This document shows, piece by piece, positions 12,901-34,778 of a stretch of DNA of 64,000 bases. The notes below the pieces were generated by a model. That model saw nothing but the letters and a program-made list of their open reading frames with translations. It was not told the origin of the DNA and did no database searches. The DNA is from the human T2T-CHM13v2.0 reference genome, Homo sapiens: the NCBI RefSeq assembly GCF_009914755.1, contig NC_060929.1, one strand, 5' to 3'. The number at the start of each line of letters is the position of its first letter. Positions within the stretch are counted from its first letter, which is position 1. The position numbers and the translations under genes are program-made.

Positions 12901-15900
12901 GCCCTCATGTCCCCTTGGCAGGCCCCCCAGGGTCTGGCACTCACTGCAGACTTCCTCTTTCAAGGGAGGCAGGGCCCCTGTGGGCACTAGGTGTAAAAGG
13001 TGCTGGCCAAATGGTTCAGGGTGAAGAGGGCTCTTGATTCAGGGGCTGGGGTCTGCCTGGTCCTTGAGCCCCTGAGTTGTGGGGGTAGGGTGAAGAGCAT
13101 ATCCCACAAGAGGCCCCACAGGGAGCAGAGACTGCTTTAATCCCTGCTGACATCACGGAAAAGCAACAGAGCCTTTTCAACTTTGTCACTATGTCCCCTT
13201 GAACATTATGTGGGAGAACACCAAGGTAGCCTAGGCCACCCAGAAGTGAGTCCTGCGAGGTTGCCCAGCCCTCAGATGGCTCTCCTACATGATGGTGCTT
13301 TAGAAACAAAGGTAAAATTTGCCTGTTTGGGGCAGCTTTTAGTATCGATGCCACTCATCTGCAGCAGAAGAGAAAGAAGTCCTCTTGGGGCTTTTTAGTT
13401 TCTGCCGTCCTGGGGGGAACATTGCAGTTACTGCACAGCTTCTGTTCTCTGTCACAACCCCAGGTGATTTGGTCCGGTCAAAGGCCATACTTGGGGCCCT
13501 AAGAGTGTTCAGTATTGAATGCTGATCAGCTGCCAGGTGAGGAGTCAGAAGAGGGAGCCCCCCTAGACATTTCTTTGCAGCTATGGACATGCGGGATATC
13601 TCCCCCTGCTCTCTGGGTATTTGAAATGTCAATTTTAGCACTCTTCAGGCACAAGGACAGCCCAGCACCAGCTTTACAGGGCAGTGTTTCAGATGGCCCT
13701 GAGCCCACGGAAAAGGCCAGGTAGACCTCCAAACTAGAAATGCTGGCTGATTTGCCCTGATCCATGCTTCCATTTCCCTGTCTCTCTTCCCCAGGCAATT
13801 ACTGGCCTCAAAAGAGGAACAGAGGTGCTGCGAGGTGCTCACCTCACAGAGTCTGGAGGCCTCCAGGATCAACTGTGGGCAAAGTGCCTGCCTCTGACCT
13901 CATCATGGTTCTAGTTCTCATACAGAACTCCAGAATTTTTAAAGAACTCTATAATTGGATTGCAAACTAGGATGCTACATAGGATTCTGGTATTCCACAT
14001 CCAATATGGATTTCTAGAATGCTGTGATTAAAGGAGCCAGCCAGGTGTAATACAGTCAAGGCAGCCCCCAGCCTAGAGACAATCTGTGAAATCCAAAGTT
14101 GGTGGTGTTGGGAAAGCAGGGGGACATGTGTCCCTCAGCTCAGCAGAGGCTGTGGTACAACATGGTCCTTGGTGAAGACCTGCACCCCTGGAACCTCCCA
14201 CCATCATCACAACTGTAGTCTCATTTGCAGTGGAGAAAAGAACCCGACGTCCCACAGCCAGATATACACCCAGCTCCATGCCAGCCCTTCATGTTTACCT
14301 TTTGCTTTGTTAATTACATGTCAGACTCCTAGAGGGCCTCCAGACTAATAGGAAGCATTTCTGTAACCAACCTGCCACCCACTGATTCAGAAATGGAAAT
14401 CACATTCCACAATCTATGGCTTCCACCAGCTAGCCCAGGAAATACTTGAAATCAGCATTCCAATTAGTGTTGAGTCTCTTGATTGTGTCATTTACCAATT
14501 AAATAACTGAGACCTAAGTCTGGGAACAGAGCCACGAATCTGCCTTTGAGATGCTGGCAGATCTCAAGGCCATCAATTATTGGGGGAGGGAGGGACAAAC
14601 ACTCCCAATCATCCACCAGTCAGACTGAATGTGTAGCTGGCGAGGAATTACTTCCACTTCTGGCCCAGCACAAGCCCTGCTTTGGCCACCTGTCTGCAAG
14701 AGAGGCGGCCCCTGTGCTTGCAACGCTTACGTGTTGATCCCAGTGTCCTTTTCCAAATGAGTGCTGTAGCTTTAGAAGTGGCCCTCTATAGAAAGAAGTC
14801 AAAAGATGAGGCCCCTTCTAGAATCTAGGATAACAAGAGTGTTGACAGTTTGAGGAGTCGAATTGAGATTCATCATCAAAGAGCAATGCAGCGTCGTTAA
14901 AATAAAAACTGTGCCTTTTAAAAAGAAAAATGCAAATATAGAGCAAATCCCTAAACTTGAACCATTTCCTAGTGCCTTGCTAGACAAACATAAAGGGGCA
15001 GGGTTGTGGGGAGGGGAACGTTTTTGGTGGTGTGTGCAGTTCCTACTGGATGAGTGTGTGTTTCTTAATGTCTCATTTCAAGCAGGAGATGTTGGGTCTG
15101 GAGCAAGATCTGAGACTGAGATGTCCCCCAAGGGTGACAGGTCAGATTTATTTCAGTCAGTGCAAGTCACACTCCAAACTAAAGGCTGGGCAGTGCGTTT
15201 AGTCTGTGGCCTAGAAGACCTCATCAGCCCCCGAGAGGAGGCCTTGCATTACCTCACTGGGACCTGTTTGGGGGCCATCCCTGCGGTCCACCCTCTGAAC
15301 CCCCAGCATGTTTGTCCTGTTTCTCACCATTGGGTTAAGGGGTGCCGAGCACTAGCTAGACTTCCACATAGTCCCACCCCAAGTGGGCGGCAGTGTTCCT
15401 GGCATGACCAGGATTCCTGTGAAAGCAGGAGCAGCAGCAAGCCGTCCCGGGCCTGCCTTTCCCATCCTTTGGTTCTCCTTTCCAGTCTGGGTTCACACCC
15501 TGAAAAGGGATGGGTGTGTCCTCTGAGCACTCTGGCATTTGTCATTGCTGAGCCCATATCAGTAGGTCCTGGGACTTGACAAAGTATGTGGGAGGGGAAG
15601 GAAGGACAGAACTTGACTGGCTCCATTTCATGGACCAACTGATCAATTGCCAGTACTAAGCCACTCATTGTTATGGCTTCCTTTTTGAAAACCACCTGTC
15701 TCAAGGATTCAGGTTTCTGCTCACATCCCCAGCTGATGCTCAATAAAACTCAGCCAGGAGCATATGGAGATGCTGACAGCCAGGTAATGGGTGAGACTGT
15801 GGGGTCCCTTTTCCTCTAAAGCCTTTACTCTGAGGATAAGGTCACAAAGTAGGGTGTGACTTGAAAGTATCGTGACCATGTGGCCCACCAGCAGCCTTTC

Positions 15901-16920
15901 CAAAGGGGAACTCCAGAGACATTTCATAATGCAAACAGCACTGTTGCTTTAAGAACAAGGCCTTTGGAGGTGGCTAAACTTGCACGCACGTGTGTGAAAA
16001 GCCATCCCATCTTCTGCCTCCAGTTGGAGCTTTCAGCTGTTAAAACAGTCAGAAACTATTGATTCTTCCCTTTAGGAAAAAATGCTCAGGCAGAACGGGG
16101 TACATCCACAGGAGGAATCGGACGAGAGGATGTGACATTCGGTCCAGGAGAGAAAGAGCAGTTTCTGTTAAAGATGTAACAAATGGATTTCCAAAGTCTA
16201 CATGACATTCACTTTTCAAACTTCCCACCAGTTGAATTTCTTTTTTTCCTTAAGAAACAGGTGATGTCTTGGAAAACAGCTCCTTATGTCTCTCTGTGCA
16301 TCTCCATTTTCCTAGTCTCTGGAGTCTCAAAAAGAGTGGCAAAGCACTTTACAGTAGTAACTGAGGAATCAGAGTCTCTGCTTCAGCGATATCTAGTTTG
16401 TACAGTTGGGTGATCTTTTGTAATTCCTAGGAGGTAATGCATTTTTAATGTTTTCTGAAGCTTTGTAAGTGTGAGAGAGGGACAAGAAGTGCAGTTCTGT
16501 TCTGGAATTCCTTATTGCTTTCAACGGACACTCTTTGTGAAAAATCCAAGTAATATTTTAGTTCAAACTTGATCTTGAGCCAAGGCCCACTGCCACCTCT
16601 GGGATGGGAGTCGGACCTACATACCAAGTGACAAGTTCACCTTAACATCTGCTTCCAGAATGGCTTTGATTCAGCCGTGCCAGGCAACAGAACAGGGTCA
16701 GACTCCTGCTCTGTTATTGGCTTGAAGACTAGGATCCCAAAGGGGTTGGAGGCAGGGAATATTTGAAAATTCAGACTGGAATTCCAGGCCAAAAGCTCAA
16801 GACCACCAGCCTCTCCTCCTGCCTGGAAAAATAAGCCTTTGTGAAAGACTGATTTACCATGTACAATTGTGATTGTGAACGTTGTTGAGTAAACCTCCAG
16901 ACTTTCTCTAAAGTGGTCTC
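12901..16920 (+). other. GALNT10: GALNT10 long 3'UTR (approximate end)
   Basis: Alu-free sequence after the stop. AATAAA at 14901 and 15742; distal AGTAAA at 16888-16893 with upstream TGTA and a downstream U/GU-rich tract; repeats resume at ~17.1 kb. Confidence 0.7.
16888..16893 (+). terminator. Candidate distal polyadenylation signal (variant AGTAAA) of GALNT10
   Basis: TGTA at 16860-16863 upstream; U-rich gtggtctctgccttcttccttctcatgtgtcattcttctttt downstream. Confidence 0.55.
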
Positions 16921-17373
16921 TGCCTTCTTCCTTCTCATGTGTCATTCTTCTTTTCATCATTCTTCACGTAGACCACCTACTTCGGACTCAGGCATTCTGC
17001 TGGGTACTAAAAACTCCCAACAGCCATCATTCTAGAGTGAAAGGCAGACCTAAAACAACTAAGATGATTTCAGATGCAAATAGGGCTATGAAGGGTATAA
17101 AGCAATGATATATTAGAGACTGGAGTGGGGGTCAACGTTAGCTAGAATGGTGAGAGCTGAAAGACATGAAGGAGGGTGAACCAAGATGATTTCCCGGAAC
17201 AGAGTTCCAGGCAGAGGGAACAGCTAGTGCAAAGGCCCTGAGGTAAGTAGAAGTTTCTGTGTTGGAGGAGCAGAAGGAGGTTAGCTTGAAGAGTTACGTG
17301 GGGCAGCCCACAAAGGGTCACACCCAGGAGCGGAGGATCTCAGGAGGGCAGTGACAATATGAAATAAGCATAA

Positions 17374-17662
17374 CTTTTTTTTTTGATGGGGTCTCCCTCT
17401 GTCACCCAGGCTGGAGTGCAGTGGCACTCATAGTTTACTGCAGCCTTCAACTTGTGGGCTCAAGTGATCCTCCCACTTCAGCCTCCCTAGTAGCTGGTAC
17501 CACAGACACACACCACCATGCCCATCTAATTTTTTTTATTTTTTGTAGAGATGGAGTCTTGCTATGTTACCCAGATTGTTCTTGACCTCCTGGCCTCAAA
17601 CAGTCCTCCTGCCTCAGCCTCCCAAAGTGCTGAAATTACAGGCATGAGCCACCACACCCAGC
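17374..17662 (-). mobile_element. AluJ, antisense
   Basis: T tail...ggctcaagtgatcctcccacttcagcc...gagccaccacacccagct. Confidence 0.9.
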
Positions 17663-18819
17663 TGTAACTCATTTCTGATGCTTACCCAACAGGCATGAGT
17701 ACTTGCTTACCAAAACATTTTCATGCTATCAGGTATTAGATATGGTAGGAAGAGCACTGTCTGGCCCAGCTCTACAAAAAAACTCAGTGAGATCTTGTGC
17801 AAATGCTGCTTCCAACTAGGCCTGTTTTCCACAGTAAAATGACAAGTTTTTGGATGATGCTTCCAGCTCCACCTGTGGTCCTATGATTGAGTCTTGGTTG
17901 GGGGCTACGGGTGACAATGAACAGAAGCTGGAAGCTGCCCCCTCATGCTGTCACTCAGGGACCACCAGAGGGTGCTATGGACCATGGCTTGACAAAGGCT
18001 GAATAACACAAAGGGGAAATTCTGACCCAAGATGACATGGTGGTGACTGACACAGTCCATCCAGGTTTTCAGTATGCCCATGCTCATGTTATCCTCACAC
18101 AATAACACCTTACAGCTTTGTAGACATGGGGAGAGATTCAATTTTTAAAGCCTTTTATACCTGTTGTACCCCCCAGACTCTCAGAAGAATTCCATGAAAC
18201 AGATAAGAGAAAAATATTAGCTATCATTCAGTAAAAATGCATCAAATGCCTACTATATACCAGGCACTGTGCTAGAAATTAAAAGACTGTGCAAGGCACT
18301 TATGATCTAGTTAGAAAAATAGACATTAAACAAATGATCATTAAAATAAGTGTATAGTTAGGGACTGTGGTAAGCTCTGCAAAGGAGAAGTACACGTGAG
18401 AGTATAAGAACTTGACCTTAGCAAGAAGGTCATGGAGCATGCTGAGTCGGCTAAGATCTTGTCATGATATAGCCCACTCCTGGAGTAACAGAAGAGAATT
18501 TAATGAAGGAACTATTGCAGAAGTATGGGTGGGATTAAGGAAACAACAAAGGATGGTGAAGCACCTAAGGACTAGCAGAAATGGGAAGCTGTTACTACTT
18601 GTAAGCCTGAAAAGGCAAGAAGCAGTAGTGTTACTATAATGCAGAGAAGGCTGTAGCCAGGAACAGGGGCTTCCCAATGGGATCTGCAGCTGCAGGTAGT
18701 AAATTGCAGCTACTGCCAAAACAAGAGGAGAGGGGAGGAATACATATCCTGTCCTTCCTCCTTTTCTACCTTCCAGTCATCTGCCACTCACTGCCTCCCA
18801 TTGGGTAAACCCAGTAATT

Positions 18820-24812
<5,993 letters not shown>

Positions 24813-24824
24813 TTTGTGGGGGTG

Positions 24825-25090
24825 GAGACAGAGTCTCGCTCTGTCACCCAGGCTGGAGTGCAGTGACACAATCTTGGCTCACTGCAACCTCCGCCTCCTG
24901 GGTTCAAGCGATTCTCGTGCCTCAGCCTCCTGAGTAGCTGGGATTATAGGCATGTGCCACCACACCTGGCTAATTTTTGTATTTTTAGTAGAGACAAGGT
25001 TCCACCATTTTGGCCAGGCTGGTCTGACCTCAAGTGATCTGCCCAACTCAGCCTCCCAAAGTGCTGGGATTACAGGCGTGGGTCTGGCCT
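24825..25090 (-). mobile_element. AluS, antisense
   Basis: gagacagagtctcgctctgtcacccagg...gggattacaggcgtg. Confidence 0.9.
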
Positions 25091-25919
25091 ATATCTTTTA
25101 ATATATATTTTTAAAAGTTTTAGTTCCTTTATGGTCAATACACAAGAATGTTTTATTATATGTCGATGTTAAAGCTCTGTCCTATATTTGCATTTTTTAA
25201 GTTTATTTGGACAAATTTTATGTGGCCAAATGTATTGATATTTTCTTTTGTAACTTTGTTTTGTTTAAAAAATATTTTTCCACCAATGAATAAGATAGAC
25301 TTTCACCTATATTTACTTCCAAAATGCTTAATCATTTCCTGAAAAAGATTAAATTCTTTTATTAGAAAAAAAGAAAAAAAGAAACAAAAGGGGGAGAGTA
25401 TTCCAGGTGCAGGGGCCAACATGTGCAAAGACCCCATGGAGGGAGTATGGCGGGCATGAAAGGCAGGCAGGCTGGAGCAGAGAACAGGAAGGAAAGAGGA
25501 GAACAGGGAGAGGGTAGGCAAAAGCCAGCACCATAGGCCCTTGTGGGGCACATTAAGGAGACTCTGATCTTTATTTTAAGAGTAATAGAAACCATTAAAG
25601 GGTTTAAAACTGGGCACAGTGAGATTATCAGATATGCCCTTGACTGATGTCTGGAGCCAGGAAGTGACTTACTCCACTGCTTAGCACATAATGGGCACCC
25701 AGGGCAAACACAGTGAGAAACAAGCCAGGGCAAGTGGACCTCTGGTGCCTCCTCAAAGACACTGACCACTTAGGGGCAAGATCCTTTCCTTGAGCTGGTG
25801 GAAGAATGGGAGTAGGTATTACATTTCTCACCCATTTTAGCTCCTTCTCCTTCCAAGCCTGCAAGCGAGAGTAGAATCCAATGTATCTAAGATGCTGAGC
25901 TAGACACAGAGTGTGAGCT

Positions 25920-25987
25920 TTGTTGTTGTTGTGGTGGTGGTGGTGGTGGTGGTGGTGGTGGTGGTGGTGGTGGTGGTGGTGGTGGTT
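25920..25987. repeat. (GTT)n-(GGT)n trinucleotide microsatellite
   Basis: A few tgt units followed by about 18 ggt units; this is the source of the poly-V/poly-W ORFs. Confidence 0.95.
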
Positions 25988-28098
25988 GGCAGTGGCACAC
26001 TTATTGGGAAACAGTCAGAGAAGCCAGCAATTTGCTCAAAGTTTTGGGCTCTACTTTTCTCTGTTTGGTTGGAACTGGGGCTTAGGGGATCCTGGAACTT
26101 AGTAGAAGCTCAATAAGTACTTGATGAGTGGACAAATGGATGAGTACTATATTTTCAGGTACACACCAGGCCTTTTTTCCCTCCACTCACAGCCCACAGC
26201 CCTTCTGATAGGCCGGGTTCCTGCACTTGATATATGCTACATCCCATTAAGAGAGTTCCTTCCCCTCCCTAGGCTTTGGATTCTCCACATGAGAATAAGG
26301 AGAAGGAGGCAAGTTAGATAATGGTCAGCCTGGACTCTTAGAGTTCTATAAATCTTGCATCTTGTATTTTGCAATGACCTGGTTTTGTTAAGAATTTACT
26401 TTCCAAGCTCAGCTGGGAGGTAGGGGTGGGACTCCCTCCCAGTTCTGTTATTGGTATCTCCCAACCCAGGGCTTCTTGGTTTTTGCTGTAAGTGGGTCCA
26501 ACACTCAACATCCAAGGCTTCCCTGCTGCAGCTGCACACAGCTCTGCCAACCTCTGGCCTCGGGCAGCTGGTTCCACTTTTGTTATCCTCAAAGCCTGGT
26601 CTGCCCAGCTTAGGGACACCTGGGGTCCATGGTGGTGCTGCACCTGCACGGCAGCCTGCAGTTCTTCCCTTCGAGTGTGACTTCACTCAGGCCTGGCAGA
26701 GTGACAGCCCTGGGTGTGCTCACACTCACACTCACTCACACACAACACCACGGGAACAAAAAAAAAAATGGTGAACCCCCAGAAAGGCAGTTTCTTAGCA
26801 ACTTTACAGCCTTTGTTCATGAACTCCTTGGAATCCAAGTATCGTCTGATCTCCTGCCAGCTTCCGCCTGAGGGTAGGAGGAAGAGGATGGCAGGTCTGC
26901 CTTTATGAGAGCCCAGAGCTAAGCCCCCACACCACACCACTGGCCTGTCAGTCAGCCTGGGAAGCAGAGGCCTGAATTCTGCGTTTCTCTGGGATCTGGG
27001 GAAAAAATCTCTGCTATGATTTCTTCACAGCTGCAGCCACAGAATCCCAGGGCTTGGTCATTTAATCAACAAACACGGATTGAAATAGGTACCCTGGGCT
27101 CATGGTGTTTCGCATTTTGTACCCACAGTGATTGGTCCCAGCTCTGTCCTAGGCCCTGCAAATACCAGGTGCATAAGGGATGATCTGCAACTTCTATGGC
27201 CTAGTGATGAGAACAGATTTGAGTTCCCACACAAATTAAAAGAGAATAACTTGATTACCACTGCCTACAGGTAACTTTACTCCAGGCCTTTACAATAAAC
27301 CCAAACTCCCTAGCCTGGCCCAAAAGGCCTGTTGGGACTGATCCCTGCCTACTTTTCCATCACCTCCTGGCAGGACCCCAGTTCCCCACAGAGTCCAAAG
27401 CTCTCTCACCTTCGGACCCTGTTCCCTCAGCTTGGAATACTCTTCCCCCCTGCTCTGCAGCTTCATCCTTTAGGTTTCAGCTTTACTGTCACCTCCCCCA
27501 AGAGGCTTCCTTGACCACCCTATTAAGAATAGACATCCCCCCATCATCATTCTTAATCATTCCAGCACCTCTGTAGCTCCTCGCATGGCATGTATCCTGA
27601 CTTACAGTCGATTGTCATGGTTCATGGTAGTTATGTTCTGTAAGTCACCATGAACACAGTTAGTGAATACTGAACTATTGTCCCTAGGGGAAGTACAGGG
27701 GTACGTTCCTGCAAGCCTCTGATCACAACATTTTAATCAAGTGATCAATACATAATCTTGTTTTATATGCATTTATGTTTAGAGAGACCTTAGTTAATAT
27801 TTATCATTGATTCATTAAATTGAACTTACAGCCAATAGCACTATGACTCATGCCTCAAGCAAAGGTTCTCCAATACATATATTTTCCCTGTAAGGCACAT
27901 CACAGTCTTCTTGTGCTCAGGAACACTAGACAGCACTTCAGCCCTATGCTTGGGCACCATGTAAACCAAAATCACCAACAAAAAGCTTAAAAATATGAAA
28001 AATGTGGCACTCAATAAACCACCAAAGGACACTTGTTTACAGTATGAGAGCTGAAACAAGAAGGCAGATGTCCTCTGGTTCGACCTTAGCTGTGAACG

Positions 28099-28443
28099 TG
28101 TGTGTCTACAGGCTGGTATAACAAAATAACTTAACCTGGTTGACAACAGAAATTTATTTCTCACAGTCCTGGAAGCTGGGAAGTCCAAGATCAAGGTGCC
28201 AGCAGAGTCAGTATCTAGTAAGAGCCCACTTCCTGGTTCATAGACTACCATGTTTTCACTATGTCCTCATACAGTGGAAAAGAAGAGGGAGCTCTGCAGT
28301 GTCTTTTTATAAGGGCACTAATCCCATTCATTAGGGCTCCATCCTCATGAATTAATCACGTACCAAAGGCCCTATCTCCCATTTGGGGGTTTGGATGTCA
28401 ACAAATGAATTCAGGAAGGGACACAGACATTCAGTCTGTGACA
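28099..28443 (-). mobile_element. MLT1A-type MaLR solo LTR
   Basis: acaacagaaatttatttctcacagtcctggaagctgggaagtccaagatcaaggtgccagcag...acattcagtctgtgaca. Confidence 0.85.
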
Positions 28444-28521
28444 GCGCCTGCTGGACAACTCGAATTTTCTTCACCACTCTGTGCATATGCACATCCTCAA
28501 GTAATCTCAAAAGTGCCATAT

Positions 28522-29135
<614 letters not shown>

Positions 29136-30034
29136 AAGAGCATTGATTTTTGAGATTACAAATACATTTTAGAGAGTAGGTAAATTGTAAATCTGGAATC
29201 TGTGAATGAGTATAATAATGGAATCTATGAATAATGCATAATTATGTTATTCACTCTTATGTTATGTTACTTTTCCACTTGACTTTGGGCAAGCAAGGCT
29301 GTGTCTATATCATCCACCATTTTATCCCCAGCTCTTACCAGAACAGATTTGGACCTCCAAAATTGTTGAGCTGTTGATGAACCAACCAAACTAAAGCTAA
29401 ACCTTAGAATTACAGTTTTGTGAGATTTATTAATAATCTCATTATTTATCCTACTATTTTTTGCATATTTAGTTATGGTCAAAATAAAACCACTTTCCAG
29501 GGCTGACTTTTCCTGCCCAAATTCACAAAAGACTGATCTATAAACCAAAAGCTATTTTTTCATGGGCATTAGAATTTTCCAGTGGCCCAAATAATTATGT
29601 GCAGTCTCCTGGTACCAGCTGAATTATTCCCTAGAGGAAGTTTGCTTGATGGTTCAGCATTAAACAAATGGGAAGTGAAGAGGGCTGAGAGATCATTTGC
29701 CTTCCCCATGACACAGTAAACACAGTCCCCTGCTTCCATACACAATTTATTTCAGAAAATATTACTAATGTCAAAAGTACAAAAGTCAAACAACAAATTT
29801 ATGTTGGGAATAAAAAGTGGTACAGCATGTCCAATTACACCTGCATTTTTAGACACAATCGCTGATCATATGTTTGCTGTCCTTCCTAATGTACCTTCAA
29901 TTTGATTATTTTCCTTCACAAATCAAAAAACAGCAATAGGCTTAAGAACATCCCATGGAGGCTAAAGATTCATCCCTTTCGATAAGTCTAATGATTTCTA
30001 TGTTTATATCGAAAGAGTCAATGATACACATACT

Positions 30035-31725
<1,691 letters not shown>

Positions 31726-33133
31726 CTTGACAGATGCATACTTCTTATCACTACTATTGGTACTTCCATTTTCCACTGACAAAATTTTATAAAATGAGGA
31801 TAACATGGAATAATCAAGTACTTTCCCAATCATTGCTGTGCTGATGGATCTGGAGCCTACACAATTGGCTGATAGGCAGTACCACCCTATCGTCTTGCAA
31901 TATGATGTGTCCTTTAACATGCAGAAATCTGAATCTGGATACAATGGAAGTTCAGGGGTATCACCTTATAATGTATGAAATAATAACTGCCACTTATTAA
32001 GCACTTACTATGTGCAAGATATTGTGCTAACTGCTTTAGATCATCATATTTGATCCTCACAATATCCCTATTAGAGAAGTACTGTTATCCCACCTTACAG
32101 ATGAAGAAAACTGAGGTTCATGGAGTTTAAGTTGTCAGCAGCACCACAGCTAGTAAGTGGTAGAACTGGAATTCAAACCAAGTGTTGCTGAGTCCAGAGC
32201 CTTTGCTTCTATCCACAATACCAGTAGCTGTCAAGTGCCATACTGCAGGCCAGCATCAGGGCTGGAGGAAGCTTTCCCAGGTCCTCAGTGGAATGCAAAA
32301 AAAAAGGACAATGTTGTGGGGTTTTCATAAGGACAAATTTGTTCCATTTAAATGACTGTTATTCTAAGATTCTTCCTTTTTTTTTTTTTTTTTGCTATTC
32401 CATATTTCCTTTTTAAAATAACAGTACTAGATGGTATTTTTATTATTATAAAAGAAATATAGACATGTAGTAAAACAAAAATCCAAATAGGAACAATGAT
32501 TATAAAATTAAAATTACTTCTATCTTCTCTCCCTTGAGTCATAGTCCCTATCCTAGGGGCAACCACAGTTACTAGTTTTTTGTGTATCCTTAATGTGCAT
32601 GCACGTGTGTGTGTGTGTCTGCACAAAATTTTTACAAAATATAAATGGAATTCCACACTACATACTGTTTTGTATCTTACCTTTTTTGCTTAATAAATCT
32701 TTTGGTATAGTTGAGTACATTTATTTTATTTTTAAAATGTTTACTGAGTCCCTACTCTATTAGCCACCAGAATCGGAGAATTTGTGTTCTATGCATTGGA
32801 ACTACAGGAACAAGATAGATGTGGTTTTTGCCTTCAGGGAGCTTACATTCTAATAGAAGAAACACTTGAGGAACAACAAAACAAACAGAATAATTGCATA
32901 TTATGATAAATGCTAATAAGAAAAGACATTGGATAGAGAATAGTGGTGGTCGTGGGGGATCCAACTCCTTTTAATCAGATAAGGTTCTCTGTGGAGGTGA
33001 CATTTAAGTTGAGATTTGAAGAATGAAGCCAGTAGGAAGGAAACAGCATTCCAGGCCAAGGAAACTGCAAATGCAAGACTTTGAGGTAGGAAAAAGGATG
33101 GCTTACTTGAGAAATTTAAGGAAGAATAAGGCA

Positions 33134-33745
33134 GGCCCAGTGCCGTGGTTCACACCTATAATCCCAGCACTTTGGGAGGGTGAGGTGGGAGAACTGCTTG
33201 AGCCCAGGAATTTTTTGAGACCAGCCTAGGCAACACAGGCACACCCCTATCTCTATAAAAAAAAAATTAAAAATTAGCTGGGCATGGTAGCATGTGCCTG
33301 TAGTCCCAGCTACTTGGGAGACTACAGCTACAGGAGGATCACTTGAGCCCAGGAGTTGGAGGCTGCAGTGAGCTATAATCATAGTGCTGCACTCCAGCCT
33401 GGGTAACAGAGTGAGATCCTGTCTCAAAAAAAACAAAACAAAACAAAACAAAACGCCAGGCATGAATCACACTTCTAATCCCAGCACTTTGGGAGCCTGA
33501 GGTGGGTGGATCACTTGAGCCCAGGAGTTTAAGACCAGCCTGGGCAACACAGGGAAACCCCTCTCTCCAAACAATACAAAAAATTAGCCAAGCGTGGTAG
33601 CGCATGCCTGTAGTCCCAGCTACTCAGGAGGCTGAGATGGGGGTATCGCTTGAGCCCAGGATGTCAAGGCTGTTGTGAGCTATGATTGCACCACTACAAT
33701 CTGGGCTGGGCAACAGAGTGAGACCCTGTCTCATAAAAAAAAGAA
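33134..33745 (+). mobile_element. Two tandem AluJ-like elements within an L2 relic
   Basis: Alu ~33134-33453 with a (CAAAA)n tail, directly followed by Alu ~33456-33745. Confidence 0.88.
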
Positions 33746-34023
33746 TAAGAGAGCTCATGCATTGTGGGACAGGGCGAAGAGGTGCAGAGAGCACTGTCAG
33801 AATGCACTGGGAAGCTGTGAGGGGCCTTAATGGGGAGGGAGCATGGTCTGGTTTGTGTAGAGCTCACTGGGTAGAGAAGTTTAGGGACCAAGTTGGAGGC
33901 TTATGCACTTCAGGCAAAAGATGATGGTGTGATGGTGGCCTGGAATGGACTGTTAGCTGTGGGAAATGAAGTAAAAGAGACAGATTCTAAATGTATCTAT
34001 TGGAGGTAGAAGAAAATGGCCTC

Positions 34024-34356
<333 letters not shown>

Positions 34357-34670
34357 TCAGGATGTGGTGAGAGGCAGTTAAAGGAGGTACAGGTGGCACA
34401 GTTTATGGAGTCTGGATTCGGAGTCAGAGAATGTTTCAACTTGAACATCTTGGTCTGTGATGCCTCTGGAGCACCTCAAGCAAGGAGCTGAAGTGTTGCT
34501 GTCTGGAGTTCAAAGGAGAGGTCTCAGCTGGAACTATAAAACTGGGAGTTATTGACCTGTGCCTTTAAATATCTGGGGGTAGGTTTGGGTATGGACAGGA
34601 ATCTTACAGTCACTGACTCAAGTTGTCCATTTAAAAACCTAGCCTTTCTTAAACTTTAAGTTCAATTTAC

Positions 34671-34778
34671 AAATCTTGTTATTCCATTTTAAATCTAGTA
34701 ATTTCTTGTATAAAGATAAGAACAAAATCTTGTTATTCCATTTTAAATCTAGCAATTTCTTGTGTAAAGATAAGAACA
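34671..34778. repeat. 54-bp tandem duplication (2 copies, 2 mismatches)
   Basis: aaatcttgttattccattttaaatctag(t/c)aatttcttgt(a/g)taaagataagaaca occurs twice. Confidence 0.95.

Noticed and set aside
14863-15579. 238-aa + strand ORF in the GALNT10 3'UTR
   Set aside because: TTG start, no recognisable domain, lies downstream of the stop codon and spans a polyA signal; nothing supports coding beyond its length.
25913-26116. Poly-Val and poly-Trp ORFs
   Set aside because: Translations of the (GGT)n microsatellite.
27841-28251. Minus-strand ORF with a Tigger-like N-terminal piece (MVPKHRAEVLSSVPEHKKTV)
   Set aside because: Non-autonomous MER82/MLT1A relic with no transposase catalytic domain.
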